Shown: positions 1 through 9,079, counted from the first letter of the stretch. The stretch: DNA of 64,000 bases from an uncultured Atopobiaceae bacterium (GCA_944320975.1 CALUJM010000009.1:18484-82483); one strand, 5' to 3'. Notes: generated by a model not told the origin, from the letters alone. Numbers and translations: made by a program.

Positions 1-1
1 G

Positions 2-322
2 CAGACCACCTGGCACGTCGTACTCAAGAGCGCCCTGCCCTCGCTCATGACGGCCGTCATCCTGGGTATGACCCGCGCCTTCGGCGAGACGCTCGCCGTC
101 CAGATGGTCATCGGCGGCGTCGAGCGTTCGATGCCCATGGGTCTTCTCGACCCCGCCTCCACGCTCACGGCGGCGCTCACGGCCGGCCTCTCCAACGCGG
201 TCTCCGGCTCGGTCTACTACCACGCGCTGTGGTCGCTCGGCCTGATCCTGCTCGCGATGTCGCTCATCTTCATCTTGATCATCCACCTCATCGGAAGGAA
301 GGGGGCGAAGGCCAATGGCTAG
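2..322 (+). CDS. pstC: Phosphate ABC transporter permease PstC, C-terminal fragment (5' end outside window)
   Basis: The frame is open from the window edge. The translation ...LKSALPSLMTAVILGMTRAFGETLAVQMVIGG... matches the conserved permease loop and last TM helices of PstC. It is followed by pstA/pstB/phoU, and its stop overlaps the pstA start. Confidence 0.85.
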   Translation, partial: QTTWHVVLKSALPSLMTAVILGMTRAFGETLAVQMVIGGVERSMPMGLLDPASTLTAALTAGLSNAVSGSVYYHALWSLGLILLAMSLIFILIIHLIGRKGAKANG

Positions 323-1244
323 CGAGAAGAACGGGCGCTCCGTCGCCCTCGACGCGCACGTTCGCCGCATCGACAGCCAGGACAAGGTCGCGACCGGCGT
401 CCTCACCGTCATCGTGGGCCTGGTCATGCTGCTCGTCGTGGCCATCATCGCCTACATCCTCGTCCGCGGCGCGGGCCGCGCGCTCACGCCGGGGTTCCTC
501 ACCAACCCCTACAACGACGAGGCCGTCCCCGGCATCCTCTACCAGCTGTGGGACTCGTTCTACATGCTGCTCGTGACGCTTATCATCTCGGTGCCCATCT
601 CGCTGGGCGCGGCGATCTTCCTCGTTGAGTACGCGCCCGACAACTGGGTCACCTCCGCGGCCAAGACGGCCATCGAGACGCTCTCCTCGCTCCCGTCGAT
701 CGTCGTGGGCATGTTCGGCTCGCTCTTCTTCGTGGTGACGCTCGGCTGGGGCATCTCGATTCTCGCCGGCGCGTGTGCGCTCACGATGTTCAACATCCCC
801 ATCCTGGTGCGCACCATCCAGCAGGCGCTCGAGGACGTTCCCCGCAGCCAGCGCGACGCCGCGCTCGCCATGGGCCTCACGCGCTGGGAGACCACGATCA
901 ACGTGCTGCTCCCGGCCGCCATGCCCGCCATCGTGACCGGCATCGTGCTCTCCGCCGGCCGCGTCTTCGGCGAGGCCGCCGCGCTCATCTTCACCGCCGG
1001 CTCCGCTCCTGCGCGCCTCAACTTCGCGTCGGTGAACTTCCTGAGCCCCACCAACCCCTTCAACATCTTCCGTCCGGCCTGCTCGCTCGCCGTCTACATC
1101 TGGCGACTCACCTCCGAGCCCACGGCCGGCTCCACGGAGATTGTCTGGGGCACGGCGACCGTCCTTCTCGCCTGCGTGCTCCTGTTCAACGTGCTTGCCC
1201 GCCTGCTCGGCAAGCTCCTCTCGAGGAGGCTGACCGCAGAATGA
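315..1244 (+). CDS. pstA: Phosphate ABC transporter permease PstA
   Basis: 309-aa multi-TM ORF with a MetI-type permease core (ALAMGLTRWETTINVLLPAAMPAIVTGIVL). It sits between pstC and pstB. Confidence 0.9.
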   Translation: MASEKNGRSVALDAHVRRIDSQDKVATGVLTVIVGLVMLLVVAIIAYILVRGAGRALTPGFLTNPYNDEAVPGILYQLWDSFYMLLVTLIISVPISLGAAIFLVEYAPDNWVTSAAKTAIETLSSLPSIVVGMFGSLFFVVTLGWGISILAGACALTMFNIPILVRTIQQALEDVPRSQRDAALAMGLTRWETTINVLLPAAMPAIVTGIVLSAGRVFGEAAALIFTAGSAPARLNFASVNFLSPTNPFNIFRPACSLAVYIWRLTSEPTAGSTEIVWGTATVLLACVLLFNVLARLLGKLLSRRLTAE

Positions 1245-2041
1245 CAGACGCCACCACCCCGCAGGCGACGCCCGCCGAGGGCTCCCTGCTCACCACGCGC
1301 GACGTGACGGTCACCTACGACCTCACGCACGAGGCGCTGCACAAGACCTCGCTCACCTTTGAGAAGGGCCAGGTCACCGCCCTCATCGGTCCGTCCGGTT
1401 GCGGCAAGTCCACGTTCCTGCGCTGCCTCAACCTCATGAACCGCGAGATCCCCCGGTGCTCGATCGGCGGCGAGATCTTCTACCACGGGCACGACATCAA
1501 CACGCCCAAGGAGAACCTCTTCGAGCTGCGCAAGTCCATCGGGATGGTCTTCCAGCAGCCCACGCCCTTCCGCAAGTCCATCCGCGAGAACATCCTCTTT
1601 GCCCCCAAAAAGCACGGTCGCGTGAAGACGCGCGAGGAGGAGGACGAGCTCGTGGAGACGTCGCTCAAGCAGGCGGCGCTCTGGGACGAGGTCAAGGACA
1701 AGCTCAAGCAGTCCGCGCACGCGCTCTCGGGCGGCCAGCAGCAGCGTCTGTGCATCGCGCGCACGCTTGCGATGAAGCCCGACGTGGTGCTCTTCGACGA
1801 GCCGTGCTCCGCGCTCGACCCCATCTCCACCTTTGCCATCGAGGAGACCATCCGCGACATCGCCTCGACCGGCATCTGCGAGATCATCGTCACGCACAAC
1901 ATGGAGCAGGCCACCCGCGTCTCCGACCGCACCGCGTTTTTCTACGTGGGCGACATGGTGGAGACCGGCACCACGCAGCAGATTTTCCGCGATCCGCACG
2001 ACCAGCGCCTGATCGACTACCTGACGGGCCGCTTCGGTTAA
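1241..2041 (+). CDS. pstB: Phosphate ABC transporter ATP-binding protein PstB (copy 1)
   Basis: ATG at 1241 overlaps the pstA stop (ATGA). Walker A is GPSGCGKST, the signature is LSGGQQQRL, and Walker B is VVLFDEP. The long upstream part of track ORF 773..2041 is out of context. Confidence 0.9.
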   Translation: MTDATTPQATPAEGSLLTTRDVTVTYDLTHEALHKTSLTFEKGQVTALIGPSGCGKSTFLRCLNLMNREIPRCSIGGEIFYHGHDINTPKENLFELRKSIGMVFQQPTPFRKSIRENILFAPKKHGRVKTREEEDELVETSLKQAALWDEVKDKLKQSAHALSGGQQQRLCIARTLAMKPDVVLFDEPCSALDPISTFAIEETIRDIASTGICEIIVTHNMEQATRVSDRTAFFYVGDMVETGTTQQIFRDPHDQRLIDYLTGRFG

Positions 2042-2053
2042 AGGGGAGGGACA

Positions 2054-2848
2054 TTGGACACTACGATCATCGACGACTCCCACCGCAGCATCGCCGGGGC
2101 CGAGACGGCCATCACCATCCGCGACTTCGACCTGTGGTACGGGGACTTCCAGGCTCTCAAGAAGGTCAATCTTGAGATTCCGCGCAACCGCGCGACGGCC
2201 TTCATCGGCCCTTCCGGCTGCGGCAAGTCCACGCTGCTGCGCACGTTCAACCGCATGTGCGACTTCGTGGAGTCCGTGCGCACCGAGGGCACGATCGAGT
2301 TCGACGGCAAGGACATCTTCAAAATGGACGCCAACGCCCTGCGCGTGTACGTGGGCATGGTCTTCCAGCACCCCAACCCCTTCCCGATGAGCATCCGCGA
2401 GAACATCCTCTACGGGCCCAAGCGCATGCGTCGCATCTCCAAGTCCGAGGGCGACGAGATCTGCGAGCGCTGCCTCACTCGCGCCGCGCTCTGGGACGAG
2501 GTCAAGGACGACCTCAACAAGAGCGGCCTGGGGCTCTCCGGCGGCCAGCAGCAGCGACTCTGCATCGCGCGCGCCCTTGCCACCGACCCCGAGATCCTGC
2601 TCATGGACGAGCCCACCTCGGCCCTCGACCCCATCTCCACGAGCATGGTCGAGCAGCTCATGTGCGAGCTCGCCGAGGACCACACCGTCGTCGTCGTGAC
2701 CCACAACATGCAGCAGGCCACGCGTGTGGCCGACAAGACCGCCTTCTTCTACCTGGGCGAGCTCGTCGAGGAGGGCCCCACGCGCGAGCTCTTCGGCAAC
2801 CCCAGGCAGAAGCGCACGCAAGAGTACCTATCCGGGAGGTTCAGCTAA
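2054..2848 (+). CDS. pstB: Phosphate ABC transporter ATP-binding protein PstB (copy 2)
   Basis: 264-aa ORF with Walker [19 protein letters not shown] and ILLMDEP. It is a tandem paralogue of the preceding gene. Confidence 0.9.
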   Translation: MDTTIIDDSHRSIAGAETAITIRDFDLWYGDFQALKKVNLEIPRNRATAFIGPSGCGKSTLLRTFNRMCDFVESVRTEGTIEFDGKDIFKMDANALRVYVGMVFQHPNPFPMSIRENILYGPKRMRRISKSEGDEICERCLTRAALWDEVKDDLNKSGLGLSGGQQQRLCIARALATDPEILLMDEPTSALDPISTSMVEQLMCELAEDHTVVVVTHNMQQATRVADKTAFFYLGELVEEGPTRELFGNPRQKRTQEYLSGRFS

Positions 2849-3543
2849 TGGTCATCAGCACCCGCACCAAGTTCACCGACCAGCTCAACGACGTCGAGGG
2901 CTACATCAGGCGCTTCGGCGAGAAGACCGTGTCCGACATCCGCGCAGCGGGCCTCGCCGCCCGTGGCGACAAGGGGGCGGCCGAGGGCGTCATGGACGGC
3001 CGCAAGGCGGAGGATCGCCTGCGCTCGGCCATCGAGAACACCTGCCTCGACATCATGCTGCTCCAGCAGCCGCTCATCGGAGTGGACCTGCGCTTCGTCT
3101 CGGGCGCCTTCCGCATGGTGAGCGACCTCTCTCACATCGACTCCATGACGCGTGACGCGGTCTTTCTCACCGAGGAGATCCCCGAGAAGGCTTCGGCCAA
3201 GATCGAGGCCGAGATCTCGCGGATGAGCGAGGGTGCTGCGGACATGGTCCAGAAGGCCGTCGACGCCTTCTGCGCCTCTGACGTCGAGGGCGCGCAGCAG
3301 GTCATGGAGGCCGACGCCGCCATCAACGCGCTGTACGTCGAGGTCGAGGAGAAGCTCGTCGCCCTCATCCGCGACGGCAAGTCCTCCGCGCAGTACCTGC
3401 CGGAGCTCCTCATGGTGGCCAAGTACTTCGAGCGCATCGGCGACCTCGCCAAGCGCATCGCCGCGTGGGCGATCTTTCGCGTGACCGGGGAGCACACCAT
3501 CGCCGAGAAGGAGAGCCAGCGACAGGCGCCTGCGGCGGAGTAG
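2848..3543 (+). CDS. phoU: Phosphate signalling regulator PhoU
   Basis: ATG 2848 overlaps the pstB stop (TAATG). The protein has a two-repeat PhoU architecture ending in ...AKYFERIGDLAKRIAAWAIF. Confidence 0.9.
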   Translation: MVISTRTKFTDQLNDVEGYIRRFGEKTVSDIRAAGLAARGDKGAAEGVMDGRKAEDRLRSAIENTCLDIMLLQQPLIGVDLRFVSGAFRMVSDLSHIDSMTRDAVFLTEEIPEKASAKIEAEISRMSEGAADMVQKAVDAFCASDVEGAQQVMEADAAINALYVEVEEKLVALIRDGKSSAQYLPELLMVAKYFERIGDLAKRIAAWAIFRVTGEHTIAEKESQRQAPAAE

Positions 3544-3584
3544 GGTACAGTAGGGTAGGTATCGAGTATCGGGAAGGAACAGCG

Positions 3585-4265
3585 GTGGTCTACTACGTAG
3601 AGGACGACAAGAACATCCGAGAGCTGACGGTCTACGCCCTCGGCCAGGGCGGCATCGAGGCGCGCGGCTGCGCCGACGACGCCGAGTTCCGTCGTGCCTG
3701 CGCCGAGCGCACCCCCGACGCCGTCCTTCTCGACATCATGCTGCCGGATGCGGACGGGCTGGAGATCCTTGCCCGCCTGCGCCGCACCCCCGGGCTCTCC
3801 CACGTCCCCGTCATGATGCTCACCGCCAAGGATACCGAGCTCGACACCGTCAAGGCGCTCGACTCCGGGGCGGACGACTACCTCTCGAAGCCCTTCGGCA
3901 TGATGGAGATGGTGAGCCGCACGCGCGCGCTGCTGCGTCGCTCCGGCCGCGAGACCGCCGTCCAGGAGAAGCCCGCCTCCCTGGTCTCCGGCGACGTGAC
4001 CCTGTGGCCTGACCGCCGCGAGGTCACCGCCGGGGACCGGGAGGTCCAGCTCACGATGCGCGAGTTCGACCTCCTGGAGTTCCTCATGCGCTCGCCGGGC
4101 GTCGTCTTCTCGCGCGAGACGCTGCTCCAGCGCGTCTGGGGCTGGGACTTCGACGGCGGCTCCCGCACCGTCGACGTGCACGTGCAGCAGATCCGAGCCA
4201 AGCTCGGCGACTCGTCGGACCTTATCGAGACCGTGCGCGGCGTCGGTTATCGCGTCCGCGGATAG
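3585..4265 (+). CDS. OmpR/PhoB-family response regulator
   Basis: GTG 3585 is preceded by GGGAAGGA. It has a receiver domain (VYYVEDD...LLDIMLPDADG...MLTAKD) and a winged-helix C-terminus (RTVDVHVQQIRAKL...TVRGVGYRV). Confidence 0.85.
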   Translation: MVYYVEDDKNIRELTVYALGQGGIEARGCADDAEFRRACAERTPDAVLLDIMLPDADGLEILARLRRTPGLSHVPVMMLTAKDTELDTVKALDSGADDYLSKPFGMMEMVSRTRALLRRSGRETAVQEKPASLVSGDVTLWPDRREVTAGDREVQLTMREFDLLEFLMRSPGVVFSRETLLQRVWGWDFDGGSRTVDVHVQQIRAKLGDSSDLIETVRGVGYRVRG

Positions 4266-4269
4266 GTGC

Positions 4270-4378
4270 GTGTGACAATTAGGACTGGTGCGACAATTGG
4301 GACAGGTTGAATTGTCACATAGGTACGATGTGACAATTCAACCTGTCCCAATTGTCGCACCAGTCCTAATTGTCACAC
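4270..4378. repeat. Family A palindrome, copy A1: perfect 50-bp arms, 9-nt loop, between response-regulator and kinase genes
   Basis: GTGTGACAATTAGGACTGGTGCGACAATTGGGACAGGTTGAATTGTCACA, loop TAGGTACGA, then the exact reverse complement. I verified the arms base by base. Confidence 0.95.
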
Positions 4379-4388
4379 CGAGAGGGGG

Positions 4389-5786
4389 ATGTCCATGACC
4401 AGGCAGCCCGGGCGCAAGGGCTCGCTCTCGCACAGGATGTTCGTGGCGTTCGTCGTGGCGTGCGCCAGCGTGGCCGTCGTGGTTACCACGGCGGCCTCCC
4501 TGCTCTATCAGTCCGCCTTCCTCGTCGACGAGCACGAGCAGCTCGCCGCCGAGTGCCGGACCCTCGCGTCGCTTCTCGACCAGACCGACGATGATGCGGC
4601 GGTCCTCTCGGCGCTCGAGCTCGGCGACATCCGCGCGACGCTCATCGACCCCGACGGCTCGGTCACCTTTGACTCGCAGGCCGACGCCGGCACGCTGGAG
4701 AACCACGGCGACCGCCCCGAGGTGGTCGCCGCCTTCGAGACGGGCTCCGGCGCCTCCGAGCGCGCGAGCGACACCGTTGGCTACACCAGCCTCTACGAGG
4801 CTGAGCGCCTCGAGTCGGGCCAAGTCATGCGCCTGTCCGTCGACCGCGCCGGCGTCCTGGCGTTCCTCTTCCAGGACCTCGTCCTTCTCGTCCTGCTCGC
4901 CGTGGTCCTGGTGGCCGCGAGCTGGGTGATCTCGCGCCGGCTCTCGCGGCGCTTCGTGCAGCCGATCCTCGAGATCGATCCGTCCTCCGGCGACGGGGTG
5001 GCGCCCTACGTGGAGCTCGACCCCCTCGTCACGCGCCTGAACGAGCAGCACGAGGAGCTCCTTCACCGCATGCGCGCGGTCCAGGACGCCGCCGACCTGC
5101 GCCGCGAGTTCACGGCAAACGTGACGCACGAGCTCAAGACGCCCATCGCGTCCATACAGGGCGCGGCAGAGCTCATACGCGACGGCATCGCCAAGAAGAA
5201 GGACGTCCCCGAGTTCGCCGGGCGCATCTACGATGACGCGCGACGCCTCTCGGACCTGGTGAGCGACATCCTCACCCTCTCCAAGCTCGACGACTCCGAG
5301 CGCAACGGCGACCAGGAGCTCTTCGAGCCCTCCGAGACCGTCGACCTGCTCTCGGTGGCGCGCGACGTGACCGACCGCCTGGGGCCCAAGGCGCGCAAGG
5401 TCGGCGTCGGCGTGAGCGTGGGCGGCGTTTCGTGCCCCGTGCGCGGCAACGCGCGCCTGATCGACGAGCTCGTGACCAACCTCTGCGACAACGCCATCCG
5501 CTACAACCGCGTGGGCGGCAAGGTCTACGTCTGGGCGCTTCCCGTGGACGGGCGCCCGGCGCTGCGCGTGAGCGACACGGGCATCGGCATCCCCGCCGAG
5601 GCCCAGCCCAAGGTCTTCGAGCGCTTCTACCGCGTGGACAAGGGGCGGAGCCGCGACATGGGCGGGACGGGCCTGGGCCTTGCCATCGTCAAGCACGCGG
5701 CCGCCTATCACGACGCGGAGATCAAGCTCGAGAGCGAGATCGGCAAGGGCACCACGATCACCGTGCTGTTCCCGTCGGCGGCGTGA
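4389..5786 (+). CDS. Sensor histidine kinase (PhoR/SenX3-like partner of the preceding regulator)
   Basis: Contains two TM segments, an H-box (FTANVTHELKTPIASI), an N-box (CDNAIRYN) and G-boxes (DTGIGIP, GGTGLGLAIVKH). Confidence 0.85.
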   Translation: MSMTRQPGRKGSLSHRMFVAFVVACASVAVVVTTAASLLYQSAFLVDEHEQLAAECRTLASLLDQTDDDAAVLSALELGDIRATLIDPDGSVTFDSQADAGTLENHGDRPEVVAAFETGSGASERASDTVGYTSLYEAERLESGQVMRLSVDRAGVLAFLFQDLVLLVLLAVVLVAASWVISRRLSRRFVQPILEIDPSSGDGVAPYVELDPLVTRLNEQHEELLHRMRAVQDAADLRREFTANVTHELKTPIASIQGAAELIRDGIAKKKDVPEFAGRIYDDARRLSDLVSDILTLSKLDDSERNGDQELFEPSETVDLLSVARDVTDRLGPKARKVGVGVSVGGVSCPVRGNARLIDELVTNLCDNAIRYNRVGGKVYVWALPVDGRPALRVSDTGIGIPAEAQPKVFERFYRVDKGRSRDMGGTGLGLAIVKHAAAYHDAEIKLESEIGKGTTITVLFPSAA

Positions 5787-5874
5787 GCGCCTGACGCCGC
5801 GTCCTTCTTAAGAAAACCTGTCAGGTTTCGCCCCTTCGTGCGTATCGTAGGTAGAGACGACGAGGGGAGGGGAC

Positions 5875-6381
5875 ATGCGCGCGAAGAAGCAGGCGGTGAG
5901 GTTGGTCAATGACTACGCCGACCTCATCCTGCGCCTCTCCTACACCTATCTGGGGTCGACTGCCGACGCCGAGGACGTTTGCCAGGAGGTCCTCCTCAAG
6001 CTGCTGGGTCGCGCCGAGGGCTTCGAGGGCCCCGAGCACGAGCGCGCCTGGGTGGTGCGCGTGACGGCCAACCACTGCAAGGACCTGCTGCGCCGCCGCG
6101 CCGCGCGGCCGACCGTCGCGCTCGACGAGGCGCCGGAGCCTGCAGCGCCCGAAACCGTCGATGCTCGCGGGCGCGCCGAGCTCGTCCTGCGCGCCGTCAT
6201 GCGCCTCCCTCTCGAGTACCGGGAGGCCATCTTCCTGCGCTACTACGAGAACTACTCCGTTCGTGACATCGCCCGGGCGTGCGGCTGCGGCGAGGACGCG
6301 GCCGCCGCGCGCCTGAGCCGCGGCCGCGCAAAGCTGAAGGTGCTGCTCAAGGAGGCTGGTTACGATGAAGAAGACCTTTGA
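5875..6381 (+). CDS. ECF-type RNA polymerase sigma-70 family factor
   Basis: 168 aa. It has region 2 (DAEDVCQEVLLKLL...ERAWVVRVTANHCKDLLRRR) and region 4 (LEYREAIFLRYYENYSVRDIARACGCGEDAAAARLSRGRAKL). Confidence 0.85.
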   Translation: MRAKKQAVRLVNDYADLILRLSYTYLGSTADAEDVCQEVLLKLLGRAEGFEGPEHERAWVVRVTANHCKDLLRRRAARPTVALDEAPEPAAPETVDARGRAELVLRAVMRLPLEYREAIFLRYYENYSVRDIARACGCGEDAAAARLSRGRAKLKVLLKEAGYDEEDL

Positions 6382-7405
6382 CGCGTATCGGGAGGGCCTC
6401 GACGCCCTGTCCTTCTCGCCTGCCGAGAAGAACGAGCTGGTCAAGGAGCTGGTTTCCGCGGCTTCGCCGCGCCGGCACCCGTGGACGGCGCGCGCTGCGG
6501 CGGCGGCCGGCATCGCGGTCGTGCTGGGCGCGGGCGCGGTCACCGCCTACGCCACGGGCGCGCTCGGGGCGGCGGCGGAGTTCCTCCAGGACGTCTTTGG
6601 GATGCGGGACGAGCAGGTCGAGGACGTGTCGCGCATGGCCGGCGTCGCCGGCTCGTCGGCGACCGACGGCGGGGTCACGGTCTCCGTCTCCGCCGTGATC
6701 GGCGACGACACGTTCTACGCCGTCGTCTACACGCTAGACCCGGAGGACCCCGCGCTCTTCGACGGCGTCGAGCGCTTCGAGGACGGGAAGGTCGGTCTGG
6801 CGCTGGGGCCCGAGGGGTCGTTCTTCCCGCTCGTCTCCGACAGCGATTCCGGCAGCGCGAGCGCCTACTTCTACGACGCCGACCCCGAGGATCCCGCCCT
6901 GCAGCTCGTGCAGCTGTGCTGGGCCCAGACGGAGGGGGGGCTCGCCGGCCAGACGGCCCACGTGACCCTGCATGACCTCTATGGGTGGGGCGACGAGGGG
7001 CGCTCGGCGGAGCCGATCGCCGCGGGGACCTGGGAGCTCGACGTGCCCCTCGAGTACGAGGACACCTCCGTTGAGCTGGCGAGCGGACTCGAGACGACCT
7101 TCAACGGCTGCGACGTGACGATCGGTCGACTGACGCTCTCCGCGATCGGCGTCCACGTTGAGTACACGCTCTCGGGCGAGCCGCTCGAGGTCAGCCGACA
7201 GGGCTGGGAGTTCAACATTCCGGTCGTGGTTACGCTCAAGGACGGCCCCTCCATCGACGCCACGTGGTCCGGTGGCTCTGGCGAGACGCTCGAGGCGGGC
7301 GGGACGGCTCGGATGAACAAGGGCATGGGCTTCGACCGCATCATCGACGTCGAGGACGTCGCGAGCGTGCGCGTGGGCGACCTCTGGATCGAGCCGGGCG
7401 CGTAG
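6365..7405 (+). CDS. Putative anti-sigma factor (single-pass membrane protein, DUF4179-like)
   Basis: Overlaps the sigma gene by 17 nt. It has a short cytoplasmic N-terminus, one TM helix (AAAAAGIAVVLGAGAVTAYA) and a large extracytoplasmic domain. Confidence 0.6.
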   Translation: MKKTFDAYREGLDALSFSPAEKNELVKELVSAASPRRHPWTARAAAAAGIAVVLGAGAVTAYATGALGAAAEFLQDVFGMRDEQVEDVSRMAGVAGSSATDGGVTVSVSAVIGDDTFYAVVYTLDPEDPALFDGVERFEDGKVGLALGPEGSFFPLVSDSDSGSASAYFYDADPEDPALQLVQLCWAQTEGGLAGQTAHVTLHDLYGWGDEGRSAEPIAAGTWELDVPLEYEDTSVELASGLETTFNGCDVTIGRLTLSAIGVHVEYTLSGEPLEVSRQGWEFNIPVVVTLKDGPSIDATWSGGSGETLEAGGTARMNKGMGFDRIIDVEDVASVRVGDLWIEPGA

Positions 7406-7479
7406 GCGTCTTCTGAGAGCCCCTTCCGCGCGGCGGCCCCGGCGACTCGGGGCCGCCGCTTTGCGTGGTGGGCAAGGAA

Positions 7480-7553
7480 GCGCCGAGTAAGAGTTTCTTG
7501 CAAGAAAAGGTCCGAAATGCGGGCACTTCTCGCAAATAACTCTTACTCGGCGC
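7480..7553. repeat. Family D MITE-like hairpin element, copy D1
   Basis: 14-bp terminal inverted repeats GCGCCGAGTAAGAG / CTCTTACTCGGCGC. The inner inverted repeat is TTGCAAGAAAAG / CACTTCTCGCAA. About 80 percent identical to D2 by eye. Confidence 0.9.
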
Positions 7554-7588
7554 GATCGTGCGTGAAAACGAGAAGAACGCGCGGCGCG

Positions 7589-9079
7589 CTACAGTTCCAG
7601 CTCCCAGAGGTTTGACCAGCCGGGCAGCGGCAGCCCCGGGTAGGGGAGCCAGACCGGGCGGTGACGCGTGAGGCCGCGGCTGGCGTAGAGCGCGTTCGCC
7701 GGCACGTTGGCGACGTTCGTGTTGAGGCGCACGACCTTGGCGTCGAGCTCGCGGGCGGCAAGGGCGCCGGCGCAGATGAGCGCATCGGCGACGCGACGCC
7801 CGCGTGCGGCGGGGTCGACGGCCAGCAGGTGCCAGCACGCCACGGTCTTCTTGGCGCGTCGCTTCCAGCTGGGGCCGCCGAGGCCGGAGCCGTGCCCGGG
7901 GGCGCGGCCGTTGCCCATGTCGGCATTGCGGTCCACCGCTACCGCGCCGAGAAGGGCGGCGTCGTCCGCGGGCCGGCCGTCGCGCACCGCGCCCGACTCG
8001 AATGCGCCCCAGTACGCGCCGGCCGCCAGGAGCTCGCGCGCCATGCCGACGGGCGGCCAGACGTCCTGGACCCAGCCGGACGTCCCGGGTTCGGCGTCCA
8101 CGCGGCGGTAGAGCTCATCGAGCTTCTCGGCCCAGAGGCCCGAGACGGGGATGCGGCAGACGGCGAGGTCGCCGGGCAGCTCAGCCCCACGGCGCCCGTG
8201 ACGGCGATCGTTTCTCGCCACGCAGGCGAGCAGCTCGCGCGCCACGGCGGCAGGTGCCATCTTGGGGAGGTTGTGGTCGACGCCGGGCTCCACGACCTTG
8301 ACCGCCCTGGGGATGGCGGCGACGATCCTATCGGTCTCCTCGGGAAGGATCTCGTCAAACTCGCCGACCATGACGGTGACGGGGCACGAGATGCCCGCGA
8401 GCGACGCGGCGTCGATCTGCGGGTTGTCCACCATCAGCTGCAGGAGCTCGGCGATGCGGGCGGACTCGGCGGGGGAGGGCACGGGCGTGCCGTCCTCGAG
8501 CTCGGCGCCCTCGTGGCCCTCCTCGGCCCAGCGCCGGTTCTCGGCGGCGGCGAAGGCCATCCAGTCAGTGTCCTCCTTCGGCAGGCCCGCGGGTGTGAGG
8601 TTGGCCCCGAGCGCCGTGAGGGAGAGCACGTGCGCGCCCCAGTCGCGGGCGAGGAGAAGACCCAGGATGCCGCCGTCGGAGAAGCCGAGCACGTGGACCT
8701 GCGGAACGCCCAGGCGCGCGCAGACCTCGACGGCGTCGTCGGCCATGAGCTCGTAGGAGAGCGGGGCGGTGCCGCGCGAGGAGGCGCCCTGGGCGCGGGA
8801 GTCCACGGCTATGACGGAGCGGCCGCTTGCGCACACGGCGTCGATGACGGGGCCGAAGATGCCGTGCTCCTCGCCGTTGCCGTGGAGCATGAGCACGGGC
8901 GGCACCGTGAGGTCGATGCCGTAGGGCGTGCCGGGCTCGTCCGTCACGCCGGCGGGCGCATATGTCCAGGCAACGATGGAGGCGCCGTCCGGCATCGGGC
9001 ACTCGACGCGCGCCGCGAGCGGCGTCTGCGGCAGCGCGTAGGGTCTTGGGACGTGTACGGGCGGGAACTCGACAGGCAT
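7589..9079 (-). CDS. Fusion protein: N-terminal alpha/beta hydrolase + C-terminal GNAT acetyltransferase-like domain
   Basis: The N-terminus has the oxyanion region LMLHGNGEEHG and the nucleophile elbow GFSDGG. The C-terminus has a GNAT motif-A-like segment (LLAVDPAARGRRVADALICAG...NALYASRGL). Confidence 0.7.
   Translation of the reverse strand: MPVEFPPVHVPRPYALPQTPLAARVECPMPDGASIVAWTYAPAGVTDEPGTPYGIDLTVPPVLMLHGNGEEHGIFGPVIDAVCASGRSVIAVDSRAQGASSRGTAPLSYELMADDAVEVCARLGVPQVHVLGFSDGGILGLLLARDWGAHVLSLTALGANLTPAGLPKEDTDWMAFAAAENRRWAEEGHEGAELEDGTPVPSPAESARIAELLQLMVDNPQIDAASLAGISCPVTVMVGEFDEILPEETDRIVAAIPRAVKVVEPGVDHNLPKMAPAAVARELLACVARNDRRHGRRGAELPGDLAVCRIPVSGLWAEKLDELYRRVDAEPGTSGWVQDVWPPVGMARELLAAGAYWGAFESGAVRDGRPADDAALLGAVAVDRNADMGNGRAPGHGSGLGGPSWKRRAKKTVACWHLLAVDPAARGRRVADALICAGALAARELDAKVVRLNTNVANVPANALYASRGLTRHRPVWLPYPGLPLPGWSNLWELEL

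Noticed and set aside
1094-2821. Very long ORFs antisense to, or out of frame with, confirmed genes (e.g. 1094-2821 -, 18804-21449 -, 22340-24928 -, 44956-47733 -, 54382-55821 -, 34913-36631 +, 15800-17191 +)
   Set aside because: Their translations are Arg/Ala/Gly/Pro-rich low-complexity sequence with no recognisable motifs. Each overlaps a gene with clear family signatures on the other strand or in another frame. Such stop-free shadow frames are expected in high-GC DNA.
5812-5845. ECF-type autoregulated promoter (GAAAAC ... CGTA) upstream of the sigma factor gene
   Set aside because: The spacing between the candidate -35 and -10 elements is 19-23 nt, which does not fit the ~16-17 nt expected for ECF promoters. 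The AACCTGtCAGGTT palindrome there (5815-27) could equally be the kinase-gene terminator stem. The evidence is too weak to call.
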